Shown: positions 1 through 9,037 of the stretch, piece by piece
How the letters are laid out: each line of letters starts with the position of its first letter
Numbering within the stretch: the stretch's first letter is position 1
NCBI GenBank assembly: GCA_024233875.1
Contig: JACKPB010000009.1
Span: forward strand, 85,191 to 149,190
From: Leptospiraceae bacterium
Lineage (GTDB): Bacteria; Spirochaetota; Leptospiria; Leptospirales; Leptospiraceae
Reading direction: 5' to 3'
Length of the DNA: 64,000 nt
The notes under the pieces: model-generated
The model's input: the letters and a program-made list of their open reading frames with translations, nothing else
Told to the model about the DNA's origin: nothing
Databases searched by the model: none
Position numbers and translations under genes: made by a program

Positions 1-139
1 ATCAGAGATTTCCTCTACTGTTGAAAACCTCAGAATGGTATCTCAGGACTTAAGAGAAGTTTCGAATAATGCAAAGAAGTATCCTTCGATGCTTTTGTTT
101 GGAGATGCGCCTAACGCACCTACTTTAGGAAAAAAATAA
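1..139 (+). CDS. 3' end of an upstream gene, 5'-truncated by the window edge; possibly an Mce/MlaD-family protein, given the lipoprotein that follows
   Basis: Frame 2 is open from the window start and encodes ...SEISSTVENLRMVSQDLREVSNNAKKYPSMLLFGDAPNAPTLGKK*. Its stop overlaps the next ATG as TAATG. The Mce assignment is inferred only from the downstream PF03886-like lipoprotein. Confidence 0.3.
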   Translation, partial: SEISSTVENLRMVSQDLREVSNNAKKYPSMLLFGDAPNAPTLGKK

Positions 140-783
140 TGATCAATCCATTTAAAATTATATTCTTTCTTTTCAGTATTACATTACTGTCTAATTGTTC
201 TAGCTTTTTAAAAAAAGACTATCCCGAAAAAAAGTACTATCTTCTGGATACAGATCGCTCTAACCTTAAAAAAGGGAAATTGAAGTTCCCGCTATTAAAA
301 ATCACCAAGATACGGATTTCTCCATATTTTGAAGGGAAGAACTTTGTCTACAAACAGGGTAATCTAAACTATGAAACTGATTTTTACAATGAATTCCTCG
401 TCTACCCCTCTAATAACATAAATGAAGTTGTGAACAAATGGATCATTGAGTCCGGATTGTCAGTTCCCTGGTCTGTCTATGATGAAGATGTTTACCAATT
501 GCAAATCAATGTAGAATCACTTCATGGAGATTTTTCTGATGGCTCTAAGCCCAGGGCTATTCTGGAACTAAACTTTTTACTTCAAAAAGCAGGGAGTAAA
601 AAAATCCTATATACAAAAAAATTCCATAAAGATGAGCCAATTACAGAAATCAATGCCGATAACCTCGTTACAGCCTGGAACAAAGGTTTGACTGAGATCA
701 TGATCGAAATGGAATCCGATCTAAGAAAAATCCAACTACCCAAGAAAGATGATCCGGAAGAAGAGAAAGAAACTGAAAAATAA
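139..783 (+). CDS. Lipoprotein, likely an ABC-type transport auxiliary lipoprotein (PF03886-like) of the kind that follows mce operons
   Basis: N-terminal signal peptide with lipobox LLSNC. About 210 aa. Its start is coupled to the upstream stop by a TAATG overlap. Acidic Glu-rich C-terminus. Confidence 0.5.
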   Translation: MINPFKIIFFLFSITLLSNCSSFLKKDYPEKKYYLLDTDRSNLKKGKLKFPLLKITKIRISPYFEGKNFVYKQGNLNYETDFYNEFLVYPSNNINEVVNKWIIESGLSVPWSVYDEDVYQLQINVESLHGDFSDGSKPRAILELNFLLQKAGSKKILYTKKFHKDEPITEINADNLVTAWNKGLTEIMIEMESDLRKIQLPKKDDPEEEKETEK

Positions 784-787
784 TTAG

Positions 788-950
788 TAACTCACATTAC
801 GCAAAGAAGCGAAATGTGAGGTTGCAGGGAGCCTGCCGGCAGCTTGGGCTATCGCCCAAACCCATATTTTTATTGATCTATTAGCAAAAAATGATTTTGA
901 TTTTAAACTAAAAAAAATTAGAAAAATAAAATACTGCGTAAGATGAGTTA
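788..950. repeat. Family A MITE-like repeat, copy A1 (diverged)
   Basis: Begins taactcacattacgca and ends tgcgtaagatgagtta, which are inverted ends. The interior, cagggagcctgccggcagcttgggctatcgcccaaaccc, is homologous to copies at 2457 and 27108. Confidence 0.7.
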
Positions 951-1019
951 GTAAGAAATAAAATAACTACTCTCCTGATCAGATTTATTACTTTCTGAAA
1001 AAAATAGATAGGTTATTGT

Positions 1020-2450
1020 ATGGCGTATTTATTCTATTTTTTACTTATTTTCGTTTCAAACTATTTCTTATACGGAGATGAGTATCATAGCATTCAAGGC
1101 TTGTATGGCAACAAAGCATTAGGAATGGGTGGAGCCTATACAGCCATTTCGGATGAACCTTCCGGTATGTATTACAATCCTGCGGGTATGTCTTTTTCTC
1201 AAAGCAGTAACATCACAGTAAATGCAACAACTTACCAATATGATAGAAAAACTTATCATAATGTATTTGGACCTGCTCAAAATTATACTAGAGAATCAAA
1301 AAATTTAGGTCCTAATTTCGTAGGAATTTTGCAGAAACTAAACAATTTGACTGTTGGTTTTTCATTAATCAATATTCAATCCAAAAAATACTCTCTATCC
1401 GGAGAGATCAACTTACCCTACTTTTCTCCCGAAGTTGATCGTTACAAGGCAGATTCTCTCGAAAATACAATGAATTTTCTGGCCGGTCCGGGTATCTCAT
1501 ATCTTTTAGGATCAAAAATCTCCGTAGGGATGAGTTTATTTTACTCTTATGACAATGAAGACAATATTTTCACAGGAAGTATTGAGAAAAAAGATGGCAC
1601 TATTTCCGCTCATACAATGAAAGTTAAGCGACTGACAAAAGGAGTTCTTCCTGTTTTGGGGATTCAGTATCTCGTTACAGAAAAACTATCTCTGGGTGTA
1701 TCACTTAAAAAAATGTTTACCGTGATACATAACAAAAGATATTCTAGCAATACTCTTAATGCGATTGCATCAGGCAATAGTTTTATCAGAAATAAAGAGT
1801 TCATAGAATCTTCCGATAGTTTTTTTGTAGCTTATGATGAACCAATGATCATCGCGGTGAAATCCCCCAATCTGGGAACAATCGCAGAACCTACTGAGGT
1901 TAGGTTGGGACTGGCTTATTTCGCCTCCCATCGATTTTTGGTTTCAGGGGACGTCATTTATACCGGGAGCTATCACTATTCAAAAAGAAATTATGGTGTC
2001 ATCTTTCCCGAAAAAGCAGTGATTTCTGCTGACAATACTATTCTGAACAATATAAATAGAAAAGAGACATATAATTTTGCTTTAGGAGCAGAATACTTTT
2101 TAACAGAATCAATTGCTCTCCGATTAGGAGTTTTTAGCAATTATTCAAATACTAAATACTTATCGAAGCAAAAACTTTATGTAGAAAGGTTTTTTTCAAA
2201 TCCTTTTTCACCTCTACCCATCCCTATCACACCTAACTACTATCATATATTTCCATCCAAGAGACTGGAGCATGTGACTCAATTTGGATACACTCTCGGA
2301 TTGAGTTATGAAACATCAAAAGCATTTTATAGTTTTACAATCCTGGCAGAAGATGGAAGAGGTTTGGGGTTTGCCTTCAATAGTTCTGTTCCTCAAAAGA
2401 TATCCTATTTAAATTTTAATTTTTATCTCTCAGCCGGAACTAATTATTAG
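1020..2450 (+). CDS. FadL/OmpP1/TodX-like outer-membrane beta-barrel protein
   Basis: Hydrophobic N-terminus. Motif GNKALGMGGAYTAISDEPSGMYYNPAGM near the N-terminus. 476 aa with amphipathic beta-strand pattern. A paralog lies at 39746..41221. Confidence 0.55.
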   Translation: MAYLFYFLLIFVSNYFLYGDEYHSIQGLYGNKALGMGGAYTAISDEPSGMYYNPAGMSFSQSSNITVNATTYQYDRKTYHNVFGPAQNYTRESKNLGPNFVGILQKLNNLTVGFSLINIQSKKYSLSGEINLPYFSPEVDRYKADSLENTMNFLAGPGISYLLGSKISVGMSLFYSYDNEDNIFTGSIEKKDGTISAHTMKVKRLTKGVLPVLGIQYLVTEKLSLGVSLKKMFTVIHNKRYSSNTLNAIASGNSFIRNKEFIESSDSFFVAYDEPMIIAVKSPNLGTIAEPTEVRLGLAYFASHRFLVSGDVIYTGSYHYSKRNYGVIFPEKAVISADNTILNNINRKETYNFALGAEYFLTESIALRLGVFSNYSNTKYLSKQKLYVERFFSNPFSPLPIPITPNYYHIFPSKRLEHVTQFGYTLGLSYETSKAFYSFTILAEDGRGLGFAFNSSVPQKISYLNFNFYLSAGTNY

Positions 2451-2456
2451 TTTTAC

Positions 2457-2640
2457 TGACTCACCTTACGCACGCACTTCACTTATGCGAAGGTGAATGA
2501 CAGGGAAGCCTGTCGGCGCTTGGGGACTTCATCCCCAAACCCCTTTAAATATTGAATTATTAGAAATATCTAATGATTCACAATCTTTATTTAATTCCAT
2601 AGTATCCCTTTAAAAAATTCATGTTGCGTAAGGTGAGTTA
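2457..2640. repeat. Family A MITE-like repeat, copy A2
   Basis: Perfect 16-bp terminal inverted repeats: tgactcaccttacgca at the left and tgcgtaaggtgagtta at the right. Internal hairpins include cttcac..gtgaag, gacagg..cctgtc and gggga..tcccc. About 90% identical to the copy at 27108..27292. Confidence 0.8.
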
Positions 2641-3068
2641 TTGAATTAAATATCTCTAATTGAAATCGTTCTCAATGCCATATTTGTAAATTGTAACCTA
2701 TTTAGAAAGAACAGTTAGAAAATATGAAATCTGATTAAAACTCACCTAACACATTCTTTTCTTATTTCTGAACATGATATACCAGTTCTCATAAATAATT
2801 GCGTTTTTCTTAGTAAGGTATGTAGCGATTTTATAGCTTATTTCTTTATGAATGAGCTAACCTTTTGAAGATGACTATAATCTTTTTATAAAAAATCATT
2901 TTTCCACAATAAATCAATAAAAATAGAGCTTTGGTGACGATGAGTTTTCGATTTGCTGAATAACTTTTTTCATTTTTTTCACCTATCACCCGAAGAGTGT
3001 AATGTGAATTAGAAAAGTAAATTTTATTATTCTTGCACAAAATACATATTAGTTTATCATAATGAATT

Positions 3069-4082
3069 ATGAGTTCTCTGAACAATGAAAATCCGGAAAA
3101 ACCGGTTCTGGTAGCCATAGTTGCTAATACAATCATCGCCATATCCAAAGGAATCGGGTATCTGTTTAGCGGATCTTCGGCACTTCTTTCCGAAACGATC
3201 CATTCTATTGCTGATGTCATGAATCAAGCCTTACTTCTCATCGGAATACGAAGAGGAGCCCGCCCGGAGAATGAGATTTACAATTATGGATACTCTCAGG
3301 AAAGATTCTTTTGGAATCTTTTATCCGCAGTAGGAATATTTGTTCTCGGCTGTGGGGTCACACTCTATCACGGTGTTCATGAACTTTTAGAGCATAGTGA
3401 CGTCAAACCCGCCGGAGTGGAACAATACGTCATAGAAGCAATTTTGTTGATCTCTCTATTAGCCGAAGGATATTCTTTTTCTGTAGCTGTCAAAGAAATC
3501 AAAAAATCTGCTGATGAGAGGAAAAAGAAATTTTTTACATATCTCAATGAGTCTACAGATCCTTCAATTAGTGCCATTTTTTGGGAAGATCTGGCTGCGA
3601 TTCTGGGGATTTTACTGGCCTTCACCGGTATCGTGATGACCAACCTCACTATGAATAAAACTTTTGATTCCATTGCCAGTATCTTGATAGCCTTATTGAT
3701 GGGTTGGATAGCATATCACCTGGCTATCGAAAACAAGAAATTTCTGGTAGATAGATCGATTCCTGATTTTGAAATGAATCTTATAAAAGAAATTTTGAAT
3801 ACTAATCCATATTTAAAAGGATATTCTGAAATCAAATCAATTGTTCTCGGTCCAACAAGATTGAAGTTTACAGCTAAATTGGATTTTCAAACCGAGAAAC
3901 TCTTCAAAACAACATCCTTCTCCAAAAAATTTGAAGAGAATCCTCAACTAACTTTGAATTTGAACGATGCCAAAATTTTGAATGATGAATTGTTTGAAGT
4001 TCAAAAAAGAATAATAAATGAAATCAAATCAGAAATGATGAATAAAATTCCTAATTTAATGCATATCGAATTAACTATCTAA
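3069..4082 (+). CDS. Cation diffusion facilitator (CDF) family metal efflux transporter
   Basis: Six predicted transmembrane segments. Motifs HSIADVMNQALLLIG and ARPENEIYNYGYSQ are typical of CzcD/FieF-type CDF proteins. A C-terminal cytoplasmic domain is present. Confidence 0.8.
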   Translation: MSSLNNENPEKPVLVAIVANTIIAISKGIGYLFSGSSALLSETIHSIADVMNQALLLIGIRRGARPENEIYNYGYSQERFFWNLLSAVGIFVLGCGVTLYHGVHELLEHSDVKPAGVEQYVIEAILLISLLAEGYSFSVAVKEIKKSADERKKKFFTYLNESTDPSISAIFWEDLAAILGILLAFTGIVMTNLTMNKTFDSIASILIALLMGWIAYHLAIENKKFLVDRSIPDFEMNLIKEILNTNPYLKGYSEIKSIVLGPTRLKFTAKLDFQTEKLFKTTSFSKKFEENPQLTLNLNDAKILNDELFEVQKRIINEIKSEMMNKIPNLMHIELTI

Positions 4083-4137
4083 ACCAATGAAAGTAAGTAG
4101 ATTCATATATCTACTTACTTTCTCTAAATCATATTGT

Positions 4138-5751
4138 TCAGAGCTCAGGAGTGGGAAATATATCTTCTGAATCTTTGAGAAGGTCAGAATCCGACACAAA
4201 CCAGTGGGATTGTCGGGGTTGCAAGTGCACATATATCCCTTTTTCAATAATTTCTGTTTTTTCTTTACGGAATATTTTACCGGTATTGATATCCAGAAAC
4301 TCTACTGAAGAGGGAAATAAGTCCCTGACAAAATCAGAGGTTTGATCGGGCAATTTTACCCAACCACTGATAGGTTGATTTTCCGGATTGAAAATAAATA
4401 ATTCCATATTATAGATTTTCATCTTTGCTTTTCCAACTTTTTTATCTGTTAGGTAGTACAGATGTCTGAGAATAAGGGGATTGTAATCCTGAATCTCATA
4501 GCAATGGAAATTCATTTCAGATATATTTACTGTGTATTTCTTTCTTATCATCAATTGATGAAATGCTCTCTGGAAATAAGAATAGAGATCAGGTTTGACT
4601 GTCTCGGTCTTTCTTCTCTTGATCTGAACTGGAAGCCTGGTTTCAAGACCTAAACTCTGCCCTTCGTGATACAAAACTCCACCGGGCAAAAAATTCAATA
4701 AACTATTGTATGAAATCGAATCTTCTCCAAAGGTAGCATAAGCTCTATCCTCATCATGATTCTCTAAGAATCTCAGTGATTTCAATTGATAATTACTATC
4801 CGCCTGAAGATGAAGAGAAATCTCTCTCGACTTTTTATGTTTGAGTCTATCATACAATTCTTTGTCATAAGTAAAATCAAACCCCTGAACCTGAAGATCA
4901 TATTCACGATTCCAATAAACTTCTCCAATAAAGACAAATCCCGGAAATTTCAATCGAATCTCATTGATGAGTGACCTCCAATACTCCCTACCTTTCTTAC
5001 CGTGAGTTTTTTCAAATATATCACCTAACGGAAGCATTGCCATATCACATCTAACTCCATGACAAACATCTGCAATACTCATAAGGATTTGGTAATGCAT
5101 TTTTAAAACGTCAGGATGTGAGAAATCCCATTGTACCGTATCAGTCCATCCATCAAAGTATGGGTCCCTTCCATGGTAGTATCTTCTTCCATTCTTATGA
5201 AGAAAGGAATTGTGACATTCTTCATTAGATTCTTTTATAAGAAATAAATCAGGGTGAGTGTCCAAAAGAGGAGTATCTACAGACATGTGATTGGGAACAA
5301 AATCCAAAATCAGTTTCTTTCCAATTCTTTCCAGACTGCGTTTGAATTTTCTGATCTGAGCCATATCCTTTGCCAGAATCGGATTGGGTAAGTATTCATA
5401 TATAGAATAAGGTGATCCTATAATGTCTGATTCACTAAAGTCAGGCAATGCCTTTTTGAATTCCCTTTGCAGACCCTCATGACTCTTGCAAATCTCAACA
5501 GAACGGGGAGATGGTTTCCAAACACCCATCAACCAGACCCAATCTGCTGCTAAAACTTCTTGAGACTCTAAGAACCAGGAAGGAATCTCGTCAATTCGAC
5601 ATTGATTCTCCAGACAAAAAATTCTTGTATTTAATTCATAAATCTGAACTTGTTTGAATAAATCACTTTGCAAAAGGAATCCCCCTTTGAGTATAAAAAA
5701 CTTAAATTTCCGTATAACAATATTCATTCTATTGAGTTTTCTACTAGTCAT
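4138..5751 (-). CDS. Glycoside hydrolase family 13 (alpha-amylase superfamily) enzyme
   Basis: GH13 region I motif ILDFVPNHMS (DxVxNH). 537 aa. The N-terminal extent is uncertain: the ORF overlaps the 5' end of the divergent gene at 5654, and an internal Met (MNIV...) is an alternative start. Confidence 0.65.
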   Translation of the reverse strand: MTSRKLNRMNIVIRKFKFFILKGGFLLQSDLFKQVQIYELNTRIFCLENQCRIDEIPSWFLESQEVLAADWVWLMGVWKPSPRSVEICKSHEGLQREFKKALPDFSESDIIGSPYSIYEYLPNPILAKDMAQIRKFKRSLERIGKKLILDFVPNHMSVDTPLLDTHPDLFLIKESNEECHNSFLHKNGRRYYHGRDPYFDGWTDTVQWDFSHPDVLKMHYQILMSIADVCHGVRCDMAMLPLGDIFEKTHGKKGREYWRSLINEIRLKFPGFVFIGEVYWNREYDLQVQGFDFTYDKELYDRLKHKKSREISLHLQADSNYQLKSLRFLENHDEDRAYATFGEDSISYNSLLNFLPGGVLYHEGQSLGLETRLPVQIKRRKTETVKPDLYSYFQRAFHQLMIRKKYTVNISEMNFHCYEIQDYNPLILRHLYYLTDKKVGKAKMKIYNMELFIFNPENQPISGWVKLPDQTSDFVRDLFPSSVEFLDINTGKIFRKEKTEIIEKGIYVHLQPRQSHWFVSDSDLLKDSEDIFPTPEL

Positions 5752-7510
5752 TTCCTGTAAAAAAGGAGAAAAAAATTCAGGTCCTCAAATTACAGTAGAG
5801 GATGTCCCCTGGGATGGAGATCCCAACTCGATACCCGAGTCAATGCGGAGAGCCAACCCTGTTGCTGACCCAAATGCAATTAAGGGAGGAAGATTTAGGG
5901 TTTATAGTCATCAATATCCAAAATCATTAAATTATTACCTCGAACAATTCACTACCACTGCAGAAATCTTTCGGATGATGTTTGAACCTCTTACTTCATA
6001 TGATCCTATCAGTCTGGAAAACATTCCGAGATTAGCCAGATCCTGGGAGATTTCTCCGGACAAGAAAAAGTTTACTTTCTATATGGATCCCAACGCAAAA
6101 TGGTCAGATGGGAAACCGGTGAGTGCGGAAGATGTTTTGTTTACATATCAAACTATTATGGACAAAAAAAACAATACAGCTATCTTCCGGATAGGAATGG
6201 ATAGATTTGAAGTCCCTGAAGTAATTGATTCAAAAACCATTGTTTTTACCGCAAAAAGTATTCATTGGAATAATTTTGATGAAGTAGCATCACAGCTTTA
6301 TGTATTACCCAAGCACGTATTCGAAGGAAAGGATTTCAATAAGATAAATGATAGCTTTCCCGTAGTTTCCGGTCCTTACATTTTAGCTGAAGCAAAGCCG
6401 GGACGTTATGTGAAAATGATTCGTAGAGGAGATTACTGGCAGAGAGCCTATCCTTTCAATAAAGGAAGATACAATTTTGATGAGGTTTTCTTTAAAGTTT
6501 TCAGCGAAGAATCTATTGGATTTCAGGCTATGGTAAAAGGTGATATGGATATCTATGCAGTCTACAAAGCCGCTACCTGGGTCAAAGAAGCTACCGGGGA
6601 AAAGTTTGATAAAAATTGGTTGGTCAAACAAAGAATCTACAACCAAAAACCAATCGGATTTCAGGGTTGGGTCATGAATATCCGTAAAGATATTTTCAAA
6701 GATCAAAGAGTAAGAAAGGCTCTTGCTCATTTGGTAGATCGAAAGACTATGATCGAAAAATTGGCGTACAACGAATACGAAGCGACCAATTCCTATTACC
6801 CTGATTTCTATTTGGGTTCAGAATCCTCCAAAAACCCAAATGAAATCATAGACTACAATCCTGAAAAAGCTAGAGAATTACTAAAGGAAGCAGGTTGGAT
6901 ACCTAATTCAAACGGTATATTAGAAAAAGATGGTAAAGAATTTTCGATTACTATTCTCGATAGGGAAAAAAGTACCGAAAAATATTTTACAATTTTTATG
7001 GAAATCGCTAAGGAAATTGGAATCAAAGCTAGCATTGAGACAACCGATCTAGCCGCCTGGAGTGCCAGGATGGACAAATATGATTTTGATCTGACCTGGA
7101 CAGCCTGGGGGGGGGGAATCTTCAAAGACCCGGAACCGATGTGGTATTCCAAATACGCAGATGAGGAAGGTCAGCACAATATAGCAGGTCTGAAACTTCC
7201 GGAAGTTGATTCACTCATTGAATCCCAAAAAGAAATCTTTGATGTCAAAAAGAGACATGATATCGTTAAAAAGATTGATCAAATTATTTATAAGGAGCAT
7301 CCTTACATTCTCCTCTGGCATCTGGAAAACACAAGACTTATCTATTGGAATCGATTTGGAATGCCTACCAATCCTCTCGGAAAGTACAATAGTGAATCCT
7401 TTGCAGTAGACTATTGGTGGTATGATAAAGAAAAGGACAATAAGCTGGAAAAGGCAATGAAAGAAAACTCTTCTCTGGAATCTTACCAGTCGGATGTAAT
7501 TTGGAAGTAA
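5654..7510 (+). CDS. ABC transporter substrate-binding protein, family 5 (oligopeptide/nickel type), lipoprotein
   Basis: Lipobox LLVISC at the N-terminus. Long SBP_bac_5-like body, including GGRFRVYSHQYPKSLNYY. The start is a TTG and is uncertain. Contains a G10 homopolymer at 7107..7116. Confidence 0.75.
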   Translation: MNKSLCKRNPPLSIKNLNFRITIFILLSFLLVISCKKGEKNSGPQITVEDVPWDGDPNSIPESMRRANPVADPNAIKGGRFRVYSHQYPKSLNYYLEQFTTTAEIFRMMFEPLTSYDPISLENIPRLARSWEISPDKKKFTFYMDPNAKWSDGKPVSAEDVLFTYQTIMDKKNNTAIFRIGMDRFEVPEVIDSKTIVFTAKSIHWNNFDEVASQLYVLPKHVFEGKDFNKINDSFPVVSGPYILAEAKPGRYVKMIRRGDYWQRAYPFNKGRYNFDEVFFKVFSEESIGFQAMVKGDMDIYAVYKAATWVKEATGEKFDKNWLVKQRIYNQKPIGFQGWVMNIRKDIFKDQRVRKALAHLVDRKTMIEKLAYNEYEATNSYYPDFYLGSESSKNPNEIIDYNPEKARELLKEAGWIPNSNGILEKDGKEFSITILDREKSTEKYFTIFMEIAKEIGIKASIETTDLAAWSARMDKYDFDLTWTAWGGGIFKDPEPMWYSKYADEEGQHNIAGLKLPEVDSLIESQKEIFDVKKRHDIVKKIDQIIYKEHPYILLWHLENTRLIYWNRFGMPTNPLGKYNSESFAVDYWWYDKEKDNKLEKAMKENSSLESYQSDVIWK

Positions 7511-7583
7511 TAGTTTAGAAGAAAAATGGGAAATGAGATGGGGAGGAAAGGATCTCATTTCCCTTTGTTAATTTTTTATACGA

Positions 7584-8627
7584 CTAATAACGTACCTGAA
7601 ATTGAAATCCGAAAGTTGAAGATCGATCTCTAACACCCTGGAAAGGTCCCGAAGCACCAAAGATAGGACTGGCACCGGAGATTCTTGTTTCCAATTTAGT
7701 TGGGGTCTGCATCAAATCTCTCAAATTGTAAAAGAAATTGATAGATCTGGAATGTGAAATTTTGTAAGTGTAACCGAAGATGTATGCCATCCCTTCGATA
7801 TCTGTATTGGCCTTGTATTCATAATCATTTTGGAAAGGAATTCTATACTCTCCGAGTGTTATCATACTGAGATTAGCAAGTGTAAATCTAGTCTTACTTC
7901 TTCCGTAGTAATAATTGGCACCCAATTCAAATTCATGGTTGGGAAAGAGAGCCAAACGATAGACCAATCCTAAAATTCCTAATGCAGAAGGATCTCTATA
8001 GTTGACATCATACTTTATAGGTATTCTTAAATCAGCAACCTGACTGGAAGCTGTAATAGAATTTGTAGCAGTATAAGGTGTGAAATTTCCAGAAAAAGTA
8101 TCGTATTGTGCGAGGGCTCCTAATTTCAATCCGATTCCGGAAACCCATTTAGATTTATGGTCTGGTATCAAATAAAAATCATGATCGTACTGAACGGAAC
8201 CTTTTTGAATCGGATTCAAAGAGAAAACCTGGACACCCAATTCTGTCTCTGAAGCACTTGCCAGCTTGGAATAATAAGGATTTCCGAAATGATTGTCTCC
8301 TGTATAGAGCATATTGAACGAAAGATTTCCCCTATGACCACCTGACTTAGACCCGAAAATAAACCCAAATCCTAGGTTTTTTGCGGCTGAAGTCCCCAGG
8401 CTATTGGCCACATTGAACTTTAATGGATGTGAAGTCGGATAGGGTAGATTGAACAATGAATTGTAATTGGATGATTGTTGAAGAGAAAAGAAGTTTTTTA
8501 CTGATCCGGGTGACCAGTTTCCGTAACCGAATTGAACATAAAAAGCACTCTTCCTATCTAGAGCCGGATCTACAGCCAACAAATTGACAAATGCTGATAC
8601 CAAAAACAAAAACAAGATTTTTTTCAT
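7584..8627 (-). CDS. Hypothetical outer-membrane beta-barrel protein
   Basis: Cleavable signal peptide MKKILFLFLVSAFVNLLA. Alternating hydrophobic beta-strand pattern. C-terminal aromatic residues ...FQFQVRY, as expected for a BAM substrate. Confidence 0.5.
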   Translation of the reverse strand: MKKILFLFLVSAFVNLLAVDPALDRKSAFYVQFGYGNWSPGSVKNFFSLQQSSNYNSLFNLPYPTSHPLKFNVANSLGTSAAKNLGFGFIFGSKSGGHRGNLSFNMLYTGDNHFGNPYYSKLASASETELGVQVFSLNPIQKGSVQYDHDFYLIPDHKSKWVSGIGLKLGALAQYDTFSGNFTPYTATNSITASSQVADLRIPIKYDVNYRDPSALGILGLVYRLALFPNHEFELGANYYYGRSKTRFTLANLSMITLGEYRIPFQNDYEYKANTDIEGMAYIFGYTYKISHSRSINFFYNLRDLMQTPTKLETRISGASPIFGASGPFQGVRDRSSTFGFQFQVRY

Positions 8628-8847
8628 AAAATTACATTTCCTTATAACAGACTGAATTCCAGTATTTGGACAGTTGGGATTGTTGAAAAGTTAAAAAGAA
8701 TGGAAAATTTAACGAGAAAACTTCAGCCTTATGGATAGGAAAATTTTTTTTCTATTAAAAGGATCAACTCATAAATTCATTTTCAAAAGTTAGTGGAGAC
8801 CCGCAGCGGATCATTCTATGTTAGATACCGTTTGCTATCTAGGGAAA

Positions 8848-8915
8848 TAGTCTCAATTAAAGTTAATGTCTATTCAAAAATCCTTATGACTAGTAAATAA
8901 GTTATTTACTAAAGA
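8848..8915. repeat. Family C short repeat, copy C1
   Basis: tagtctcaattaaagttaatgtctattcaaaaatccttatgactagtaaataagtta is about 88% identical to 15385..15450. Confidence 0.6.
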
Positions 8916-9037
8916 AATCTAACCTGTATTGCTCCTAGGTGTAAGCTATTAGTGCAATGGAAATGGCCAATCAAATGGGTATTGAAATTCTCAAAGAATT
9001 TTTCTTGAGAAGTAGCTGAATATGTTGAATTCATCAA

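Noticed and set aside
2846-3220. Minus-strand 124-aa ORF overlapping the CDF transporter start
   Set aside because: It overlaps the well-supported CDF gene and the AT-rich upstream region. There is no motif, and it looks like a stop-poor AT-rich artefact.
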